DNA of 55,904 nucleotides, taken from IMG/VR virus record IMGVR_UViG_3300045988_128069, one strand, 5' to 3'. Of this stretch, positions 34,206 through 41,495 are shown piece after piece. Position 1 is the first letter of the stretch. Each line of letters begins with the position of its first letter. The position numbers and the translations under genes are program-made. The DNA is from a virus. The notes under the pieces were generated by a model, which saw only the letters and a list, made by a program, of their open reading frames with translations, was not told where the DNA came from and ran no database searches.

Positions 34206-34550
34206 ATGGTTAAGATTTGCACTGAATGTAAAAAGGAATTTGAGGGAAGCGCAAAAACCAGGCTTTGCCCGGAATGCAAGGAAAAGCATCGGAAAGCGGC
34301 TGATGCGCTCCAACGTAAAAAGCACCGCAATCAACCTTTGGTCAAATGCGAATGGTGCGGGCGGCTTTTTACCAGAAAAAAGAACGAAAAGAAGTGTGAA
34401 GCATGCCGAAAAGAAGGAAGATATGGCAGCCCACAGATGGTGGCACACAGCAAAAGGGAGCCGCCTAAAGTGAGTATTAACAACGTTCTTAAGATTGCCG
34501 ATAAAGACGGCACGACTTACGGAAAAGCGGTTCTGTCACACAACATTTAA
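34206..34550 (+). CDS. Basic double zinc-ribbon protein (candidate late regulator)
   Basis: CTECK..CPECK and CEWCG..CEACR; Lys/Arg rich; lies just upstream of the first late cassette. Confidence 0.5.
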   Translation: MVKICTECKKEFEGSAKTRLCPECKEKHRKAADALQRKKHRNQPLVKCEWCGRLFTRKKNEKKCEACRKEGRYGSPQMVAHSKREPPKVSINNVLKIADKDGTTYGKAVLSHNI

Positions 34551-34560
34551 GGAGGAACAT

Positions 34561-34701
34561 ATGAAAAGTATCGGCAACGCGCTTTCACTGACTGCGACTT
34601 TGGCATTTATCGCCTATATGGTACGCATCACAGGAAGCGGTATTTGGGCATGGATGGTTTTTCCGTGCTTTATGTTCGCAATTCTGGGCTTGAGCAACTG
34701 A
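34561..34701 (+). CDS. Small membrane protein (46 aa)
   Basis: AAGGAGGAA RBS; two hydrophobic segments. Confidence 0.4.
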   Translation: MKSIGNALSLTATLAFIAYMVRITGSGIWAWMVFPCFMFAILGLSN

Positions 34702-34713
34702 AAGGAGGAAACA

Positions 34714-35172
34714 ATGGGAAATAACTGCTGCAAAAGCTGCAATACTGTGCACAAACAGGTTGCTGTTGTGCTGGATGACGGCGCATACATGCCGGAATAC
34801 GCACATTTTGGCTGGGATGCAGGTGCAGACCTGAAAAGCCCTGTTGATGTGATGATTCCGGCGAACGGGAGCGCTGTAATTGATACCGGCGTACACATTG
34901 ACATTCCGCAGGGCTATGCGGGGTTCCTGAAAAGCAAATCCGGCCTGAATGTTAAGCATGATCTGACAAGCGAAGGTGTGATTGATGCAGGATATACCGG
35001 GAGCATCTGCGTAAAGCTCTTTAATCACGGAAAAACGGATTATAAAGTTCATTCCGGGGATAAAATTTCCCAAATCGTGTTTATCAAGGTAGAAACTTTC
35101 GACTTTTACCCGTGCAGCAAGATGCCGGAGCGGGAACGCGGCAACGCAGGATTTGGTAGCACCGGCAAATAA
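34714..35172 (+). CDS. dut: dUTP diphosphatase (trimeric dUTPase)
   Basis: GADLKSP, KSKSGL, GVIDAGYTG, GDKISQ, C-terminal RGNAGFGSTG motifs. Confidence 0.85.
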   Translation: MGNNCCKSCNTVHKQVAVVLDDGAYMPEYAHFGWDAGADLKSPVDVMIPANGSAVIDTGVHIDIPQGYAGFLKSKSGLNVKHDLTSEGVIDAGYTGSICVKLFNHGKTDYKVHSGDKISQIVFIKVETFDFYPCSKMPERERGNAGFGSTGK

Positions 35173-35177
35173 AAAAC

Positions 35178-35283
35178 TTGCATATTAGCGCATAATATGC
35201 TATAATATCAATAAGAAATAGCGTGCCAAGTGCTTAATTGCCAAGTGCCAGTTGAACTTGAAAGTTCGGCTGGCACTTTTGCT
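35178..35283 (+). promoter_or_regulatory. Late cassette copy 1: promoter + tandem (GT)GCCAAGTGC + terminator hairpin
   Basis: TTGCAT-17-TATAAT (35178..35206); GTGCCAAGTGC 35223..35233, GCCAAGTGC 35240..35248; 16-bp hairpin 35243..35278 then TTTTG. Confidence 0.6.
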
Positions 35284-35296
35284 ATATGGAGGGCAC

Positions 35297-36054
35297 ATGA
35301 AACTATACTGCGCAGACTGCATGGACATCTTGAAGGGGATACCAGAAGGCAGTATAGACATGATTTTATGCGACCTGCCCTATGGTACAACGCGGAACAA
35401 ATGGGATGTCATCATCCCGCTAGAGCCGCTATGGGCGCAATACATGCGCATAATCAAAAGCAATGGCGTTATAGCACTGCACAGCGATATGCCATTTACA
35501 GCGGCCCTTGTAAGCGCTGGGAAAGACTTGTACCGGTATGAGCTGATATGGGTAAAGGAAAACGGTAGCGACTTTCTGAACGCAAACCGCAAGCCCCTGA
35601 AAGCGCATGAAAGCATCCAGATATTCTATAAGCACCAGCCGACTTATAACAAGCAATATGTGGACGGAAAGCCCTATAAGAGGGGGGGGGCAAGGGAGAA
35701 AGGCTTCCCAAAAACTGGGGAAAGTTTCGTGACGACATCTTAACAGACTGTAGTGACGGCAAGCGGAACCCCACAACAATTCTGAAATTCCCAAGGGAAA
35801 AGGGATTGCACCCCACCCAAAAGCCTGTAAAGCTGGAAGAATGGCTGATTAAGACGTACACAAACCCAGGCGAGACGGTATTAGACAACTGCATGGGCAG
35901 CGGAACAACCGGAGTAGCCTGTATCAACACAAATAGAGACTTCATCGGGATAGAGAAGAACCCCGACTATTATAAAACGGCCATAAGCCGGATAAAGGAG
36001 GCACAGGACAATGGGAAGCAGGGCAACCAAAAGAAACAGCCCGATCATGATTGA
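35297..36054 (+). pseudogene. DNA methyltransferase (N6A/N4C, beta-class) split by a frameshift in a G9 tract
   Basis: DLPYG (motif IV) in 35297..35743; LHPTQKPV and CMGSGTTG (motif I) in the frame of 35806..36054; frames meet at G9 35682..35690. Confidence 0.8.
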
Positions 36055-36619
36055 TAATGACCCTGATAATGTGCCGGAAGGGAATCAAAGACGAATTGAA
36101 TTTCTGCTTGTGATATCCCAGCTTCCCAAAATAAGCACAAACGACCTGCCAGCCCTCAGAAAACGCTTTTATGACTATCTTGATCTATGTGTCAAGTATA
36201 ACATGAAAGTGGGCAACATGGCGGCGTATGCGGCTATGGGAGTGGATAGAGACACTGTAAACTGCTGGGAAAGCGGAAAAAGGCGCAGCTCGCAAAAGGA
36301 ATACCAAGAATTCGCGCGAGAAATAAAGCGTGTATGCGGGATGTACCGGGAAATGCTGATGCAGGACGGTGCAATCAACCCGGTAACAGGGCTATTCTGG
36401 CAGAAAAACTACGATGGACTGCAAGACCAGCAAGAAATCATTACCGCAACAAAAGACCCGTTAGGCGAAAACATGTCCCGCAAGGAAATAGAAGACAGAT
36501 TCAGTGCCGACTTTGTAGAGATAGACGACTTTAAGGAAGTCAAAGAGCCGGAGCAACTGATAGAACCGGTTCAAACAAAGCCATGCAGGGAAAAGAAACA
36601 AGCAAAAGAAACTGAATAA
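36011..36619 (+). CDS. terS: Terminase small subunit (gp3-type DNA-packaging protein)
   Basis: AAGGAGG RBS; LDLCVKYNMKVGNMAAYAAMGVDRDTVNCWESG..INPVTGLFWQKNYDGLQDQQE. Confidence 0.55.
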   Translation: MGSRATKRNSPIMIDNDPDNVPEGNQRRIEFLLVISQLPKISTNDLPALRKRFYDYLDLCVKYNMKVGNMAAYAAMGVDRDTVNCWESGKRRSSQKEYQEFAREIKRVCGMYREMLMQDGAINPVTGLFWQKNYDGLQDQQEIITATKDPLGENMSRKEIEDRFSADFVEIDDFKEVKEPEQLIEPVQTKPCREKKQAKETE

Positions 36620-36994
36620 ACGAAAACAGAGCATCTAGCAGCATATAAACAAACTGCCGGGTGCTCTTTTATCATGCCTATAACCACGCAAAGAAACGCG
36701 CTATTCGCTTAAATGCCATAGTAAAGCCTAAAACCAGCGCGGAAATGCCTGTTAAAGGCAGCAGTAAACCCCAAAAAAGCGGGAAAGCAGAGGGGAATAA
36801 AGCCCAAAAGAGGAAAATAAAGCAGGGGATAACGTGAACAATTTGCCGTCATCATCAAAAAAGACCCCTAAACACGAATAATTATCCCACCTTTAAAAAA
36901 CATCTCTTGAAACAAATCTCCATGTGAAATGGTCAAAAATACGGGGATTATACCAAAGTGATGCAACTAAAATACATAATATGAGAAAATCACC

Positions 36995-37544
36995 CGACTT
37001 TCAGACCAATTCGACTTTGAACCCGTTCGACTTTATCAGCCGCAAACCCCTGAACCCCGTCCGACTTTGGCTGGAATGCTCTTGATTGCAACAATACTGC
37101 ATGCGAAATAAGCAAAAACACGGGGTATATACCTGGATCATGAAACAAAAGTACATAACGCAAACCCAATTTGACTTTGCCGGAGATTTTTTCGTGCAAA
37201 ATCATTCGACTTTTCGGAAGGGGATACCCCTTCGACTTTGGGAGTGTTTCGACTTTAATTCGACTTTCAAACCCGTTCGACTTTGGCAGCGGGATGCAGA
37301 CTGGCGCACCCTGACCGCAGTGTCTTCCGGCCCGGCGGATATGATCCCCAGGACGGCTCCAGCTGGGCAAAATGTGCCTTTTGGGTACATATTTCGCTAA
37401 ATAATGATTTAGCGAACATCGAATTGACGTTGCAACGCGTATTAAATTTTGGAAGCAGCCCAAAAGCACAAAAGTGCATAAAAAAGCGCCGCCGGGGATG
37501 CCGGAAGCGCTAGAATTCATTCGACTTTCAAACCGATTCGACTT
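36995..37544 (+). repeat. Array of 12 co-oriented (T)TCGACTTT repeats in three clusters
   Basis: cgacttt at 36995, 37012, 37028, 37062, 37207, 37233, 37250, 37261, 37278, 37522, 37538; variant tgacttt at 37172. Confidence 0.85.
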
Positions 37545-37728
37545 TGCCCGCATCGCGATCCCGCCGCTCTTGGCAGGCCTGCAAGATATAGGCTTGAAGA
37601 CTCTGCCCGGCGGCTGCTGCATCCGCGCGGATCTGTGCGCCCTCCGGCTTATCTGGACGTATCATTATATTATCACGCGCCTTATTATATTTAACGCTGG
37701 CCCGCGTGTGGGCCTCTGTAACTGCCAT
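37528..37728 (-). CDS. Arc/CopG-type ribbon-helix-helix protein
   Basis: GGAGGTG RBS; NIMIRPDKPEGAQIRADAAAAGQSLQAYILQA. Confidence 0.6.
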   Translation of the reverse strand: MAVTEAHTRASVKYNKARDNIMIRPDKPEGAQIRADAAAAGQSLQAYILQACQERRDRDAGKVESV

Positions 37729-37748
37729 GCGATCACCTCCGTGCTCTC

Positions 37749-37855
37749 ATTATACCATAATATGATATAACCGTAAACGTACAAATACAACCACAAAAAA
37801 ACCGTTAACGTTGTGCAAAATGTCAATAGACAATAACCGTTAACGGTGATATGAT
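37749..37855. promoter_or_regulatory. Divergent promoters with ACCGTTAACGGT-type operators
   Basis: + strand TAGACA-17-TATGAT with a perfect 12-bp palindrome 37836..37847 in the spacer; - strand TTTACG-17-TATAAT overlapping AACCGTAAACGT; third site 37801..37812. Confidence 0.55.
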
Positions 37856-37900
37856 ATAGACATCAAAAGAAAACAGCCCACAGGGCAGGAGGTAGCAAGA

Positions 37901-38167
37901 ATGAAAATCACAGACGGCAAGCGCACGGTAGAAATCAATATCATGACCTGGAACGGCACCGGGTACGGCCCGGACTGGGCGGAAGAATATTTCAACGCGG
38001 GCATGCTCCCGCACGATGAGGAGACGGACACCTACACGGTGCAAGATGTGCAGTATTGCATTGATATGGCGGATGACACCGGGGAAGAGGGAGCGCGGTG
38101 CAAGTGTAACAATGGTGGGGAGTATGCGCCAGATGATAATACAGAGGTATTTGTAACCGAGTTATAA
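37901..38167 (+). CDS. Small strongly acidic protein (88 aa)
   Basis: Track ORF, RBS GCAGGAGG; many Asp/Glu, few Lys/Arg. Confidence 0.55.
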   Translation: MKITDGKRTVEINIMTWNGTGYGPDWAEEYFNAGMLPHDEETDTYTVQDVQYCIDMADDTGEEGARCKCNNGGEYAPDDNTEVFVTEL

Positions 38168-38273
38168 CCAGCAAGCCGGACACTTTAGCGGGGCTGCACC
38201 GTAAAGCAACCCCGCCCCACTACCCCGGCACACCGCCGGGACAATTTGAGAACTGAATACGGAGGTTTACAAC

Positions 38274-38795
38274 ATGACCGAACAAGATAAAAAAGAAATC
38301 GTCGTTGTTGATATGTCCACATGCACTATCTACGGTTTCACCGCGTCGAGCTGGTGCGGCCCCCGCGCCCCGGAAGAGGTTTTGAAAGCTGCTCAGAACA
38401 GCGCCGCCGATGATGTCCGCCGGTACGAGGAGATTTTGAACTCTGGCAAGTATGACGATCAAAAAGAGTATTGGGCAAAATGTCTTGAAGCAGCAAAGGC
38501 CCGCACTTTCTCCACCATGACCTTCGGCGATTTCCTGAACGCCCAGCGGGAGCGCCTGCTCTCCGACCCCATGCAGGAGATCACAAAACAGCAGTACGAC
38601 GATGCTTTGAACGTCCTGCCGCCGCTTGGATGGCACACCCGCCACAACGTAGAAGAGTTTTGCAGCCGTGAGTTTGAAACCGGCTCCTATACCATGCAAT
38701 ACGCGTACAGCCTTGTGCAAGGTAAGCATTACGCAAAGTTAGTTGACTACTCCGACCCCTCCACATGGATTAGTTCTATTCTTGGGCGGCAGTAA
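38274..38795 (+). CDS. Hypothetical protein (173 aa)
   Basis: Track ORF, RBS GGAGG. Confidence 0.55.
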   Translation: MTEQDKKEIVVVDMSTCTIYGFTASSWCGPRAPEEVLKAAQNSAADDVRRYEEILNSGKYDDQKEYWAKCLEAAKARTFSTMTFGDFLNAQRERLLSDPMQEITKQQYDDALNVLPPLGWHTRHNVEEFCSREFETGSYTMQYAYSLVQGKHYAKLVDYSDPSTWISSILGRQ

Positions 38796-38845
38796 CCGCC
38801 CCACGAGAGAGGGCAGAAAAACAACATACAGGAGGCAAAAGCAGG

Positions 38846-39109
38846 ATGAAATATTATTATATTGTCTATGCAGCGGAGCAGGACCAAAACCGCGTAAACC
38901 CGTTTACAGGGGAGCGCGGCGGGCCCGATTATGAGCCGGGATATTATGCGGCGGTGCTGCGCGTTAGCACTCAAGACAATATTTTGCATGTGCTCAACAT
39001 GTACGCGGGCATGATGCACGCTAACATATGTAGCAGCAAGCGGGAGGCGGATGCAGTCGCCCGCGCCTGGAATGAGAGCTACAAGCGCAACGGGACGGCG
39101 CTGTTTTGA
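38846..39109 (+). CDS. Hypothetical protein (87 aa)
   Basis: Track ORF, RBS AGGAGG. Confidence 0.5.
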   Translation: MKYYYIVYAAEQDQNRVNPFTGERGGPDYEPGYYAAVLRVSTQDNILHVLNMYAGMMHANICSSKREADAVARAWNESYKRNGTALF

Positions 39110-39170
39110 GCTAATGAGGGGGTTATAACCGGAGCTATTGCAATAGCGCGGGATAGAGGGGGTGTTTTAT

Positions 39171-39239
39171 ATGCTGGTTGTTTTGTTCCTGTTAGCTTCT
39201 CCGTTTATCATCATTTTTGGCGTGATGCGCCATTTTTAA
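39171..39239 (+). CDS. 22-aa hydrophobic peptide (MLVVLFLLASPFIIIFGVMRHF)
   Basis: RBS AGAGGGGG; immediately followed by a strong terminator. Confidence 0.3.
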   Translation: MLVVLFLLASPFIIIFGVMRHF

Positions 39240-39254
39240 GCAATATATAGCGGA

Positions 39255-39289
39255 GCGCCTGGGCCGTATGGCCTGGGCGCTTTTTTATT
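39255..39289 (+). terminator. Strong intrinsic terminator
   Basis: 11-bp GC-rich stem 39255..39265 / 39270..39280, then TTTTTTATT. Confidence 0.8.
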
Positions 39290-39666
39290 GTCTTCGGGCG
39301 GAGTGCTCCATTCTGCCCTGCATTTTTTGTACATGATCGGCGGGGGTATACCGGAGGGGGATTTTGGCAGGCCGAAGGGCGCGGGGTTAGTCCCTCCAAT
39401 CCCGAAAAAATAAAAAAGTCCCTTTCCCCCAATTCCCGAATTCAAAACCCCAAAAATCAAAAAGTCTTTTTAAAAGTTTAAGATCTTCAAAACATCCAAA
39501 GTATACACCCCACATGCCGGCAATTCAACAAAAATCAATCCCGTCAACCAAATAATAACCGCGTACACATTCTTGGGTGTAACTTTGTGCAACCTGCCTA
39601 TTGTATTCGTACCCATAAATGTGTACAATAAGGTCAATCTAAAAAGCAAATCAGGAGGGGATAAAC

Positions 39667-40356
39667 ATGGAAATCAAACCTATGGGTAATACAGAACAGG
39701 AAAAAATGTCCAGCTTGTGGGGTTATTTCATCGGGTGCTGCAAAATCCTTGATGATGTTACAATCGAGTATAAAGAACCCTGTGTATCGGATTACTACCT
39801 CAATCACATTAGCGCTATGCAAAGCAAAACAATCCTTTCCGGCATGGAAAAATTTCATACCCTTGCTAATGAGCGTGTGGTTAACATGCCCTCTAAACTC
39901 TATTCTCAAGGCAAAGCCGTTCTGGACGTAATGACTGCTATTGTTGCCGCCAGCGGTAAATACCCGATTGCCAAAACCAGAATCGCAAACCTGCATGAAT
40001 TTGAGCTGCTGGCCCGTGCGACAATCGGTACCTGCTGGAGAGAGGGTAATATGCTCAAGGTTGTCCGCAATCTGGAGGGTATCTCTCTACAAAAACTGGC
40101 GGAAAAAAGCGGCGTCAGCAAAAACACAATTTTCCGCATTGAAAACAACCAGTCTATCCCGCGCATTGATGTTCTGCGTAAGCTTGCCGATGCTCTGGAA
40201 GCCCCTCTGGAACTTGTAGCCATCGGCATTGGCAAAACCGAACCGGAAACAACCCCCGAAGAAGAAGTCCCTAACCCCAATGCCCCTAAATTGCCAAGCG
40301 TTTACGACAGCCAGGATCGTAGCGCCGACGATGAAATCAAAGCTTTTCAAGAATAA
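39667..40356 (+). CDS. Protein with unknown N-terminal domain and C-terminal XRE-type HTH
   Basis: LQKLAEKSGVSKNTIFRIENNQ HTH in the C-terminal half; RBS AGGAGGGG. Confidence 0.6.
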   Translation: MEIKPMGNTEQEKMSSLWGYFIGCCKILDDVTIEYKEPCVSDYYLNHISAMQSKTILSGMEKFHTLANERVVNMPSKLYSQGKAVLDVMTAIVAASGKYPIAKTRIANLHEFELLARATIGTCWREGNMLKVVRNLEGISLQKLAEKSGVSKNTIFRIENNQSIPRIDVLRKLADALEAPLELVAIGIGKTEPETTPEEEVPNPNAPKLPSVYDSQDRSADDEIKAFQE

Positions 40357-40370
40357 AAAGGTAAACCACA

Positions 40371-41111
40371 ATGCCTCAAAAATTAGAAATTGCACCCGGC
40401 ACTGTTTTTGGCCAGTGGACTGTCATTGGCCGTTCTAAGGACCCGGCAAAAGCGAAAAAAGGATACCTTGAATGCCGTTGTTCTTGCGGAACTGTTTCTG
40501 ATGTTTCCGGGCACTCACTTATTAGCGGGAAAAGCAAATCATGCAAAAAATGCGGGCATGCAAGATCAGCGCTTACTAAATTAGAGGTGAACACTAAAAA
40601 TTCAAAAGAAAAATATGAGGGGAAAACAATCAACGGGTTTTTTATAAAAAAGATTGTTGATAAAGAAAAAAGCGGCACCTGTACCAGATGTATTGCAATT
40701 TGTCCCAAGTGTGGGCGCGAATTCACAACGCGGTTGTCAAGCATAAAAAATTTACAATTCTGTGGTCATTGCGAACGAGACAAAAAAGAACTATTGGAAA
40801 TAACCAGAAAAGTCGTAAACGTAGATGGAACCGACTTGGCAAAAATTCGTTCGCGCGTAAATGGAACAGTAAATAAAAACTCTAAAACCGGGGTAAACGG
40901 TGTTGCACTTACCAAAAAAGGAACCTACAAAGCATATATTAGCTTTAAGCACAAACTCATTCACCTTGGCTTCTTCACCAATCTAAAAGATGCAGTCGCT
41001 GCCAGAAAAGAAGCCGAAGAAATTCTTTACAATAAATTTTTAGACGATAACGCCGGTTGGGAACAGCGCCTGGCAGACGCAATGGCCGAACACAAAAAGA
41101 ACAAGAAATAA
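40371..41111 (+). CDS. Zn-ribbon + AP2-like DNA-binding protein, paralog 3 (AT-rich gene directly upstream of terL)
   Basis: GTVFGQWTV..CRCSCG..SCKKCGH; TGVNGVAL..YKAYISF..AARKEAE. Confidence 0.65.
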   Translation: MPQKLEIAPGTVFGQWTVIGRSKDPAKAKKGYLECRCSCGTVSDVSGHSLISGKSKSCKKCGHARSALTKLEVNTKNSKEKYEGKTINGFFIKKIVDKEKSGTCTRCIAICPKCGREFTTRLSSIKNLQFCGHCERDKKELLEITRKVVNVDGTDLAKIRSRVNGTVNKNSKTGVNGVALTKKGTYKAYISFKHKLIHLGFFTNLKDAVAARKEAEEILYNKFLDDNAGWEQRLADAMAEHKKNKK

Positions 41112-41363
41112 CCGTCAACTTCGCCAAAGCTTAATTTGGCGAAATATAGGGGACCCAATAAAATTTTCAAACCCCCTTGATGGCTTTGAACCCGCAATCG
41201 ATTTCGCCATTCAAACTATCAAGATCTCCACGCCTACCCCATCCGGCAAGCGTGAAGATCTTCACGCCAAAGTCCTTTCCGTCTCTGAGCTATAGAAACG
41301 AATCACAATAAAACCGCAAAAATTTCAAAAAACAAAAAAGGCCGAAAATCAACGATAAACAGT

Positions 41364-41464
41364 TTGTCTGCAACGGAAAACGATGCTATAATAATAAAAA
41401 TAGTGCCAAGTGCCCTGTGCCAAGTGCCTTTTCTCAAATTTGAGGGAGGGCGCTTTTTTATTTT
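41364..41464 (+). promoter_or_regulatory. Late cassette copy 2: promoter + tandem GTGCCAAGTGC + terminator hairpin
   Basis: TTGTCT-17-TGcTATAAT (41364..41392); 11-mers 41403..41413 and 41417..41427; hairpin 41424..41453 then TTTTTTATTTT. Confidence 0.6.
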
Positions 41465-41495
41465 GAAAATTTCTGAAATTGCAAAAGAGAGCACA

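Noticed and set aside
36995-37544. Possible CRISPR array (also considered for 22761..22955 and 26073..26141)
   Set aside because: The repeats are only 9-24 bp long and are either contiguous or irregularly spaced, without unique spacers of uniform length. No cas genes are present.
36990-37622. 210-aa minus-strand ORF across the TCGACTTT array
   Set aside because: Its sequence is dominated by translated repeats (KSNGFESR, KVERVQSR). It overlaps the RHH gene in another frame and has no RBS. I treat it as non-coding repeat DNA.
41119-41143. Hairpin TTCGCCAAA / TTTGGCGAA after the AP2-family gene as an intrinsic terminator
   Set aside because: It has a perfect 9-bp stem but no downstream T-run (ATATAGGGG follows), so I do not call it a terminator.
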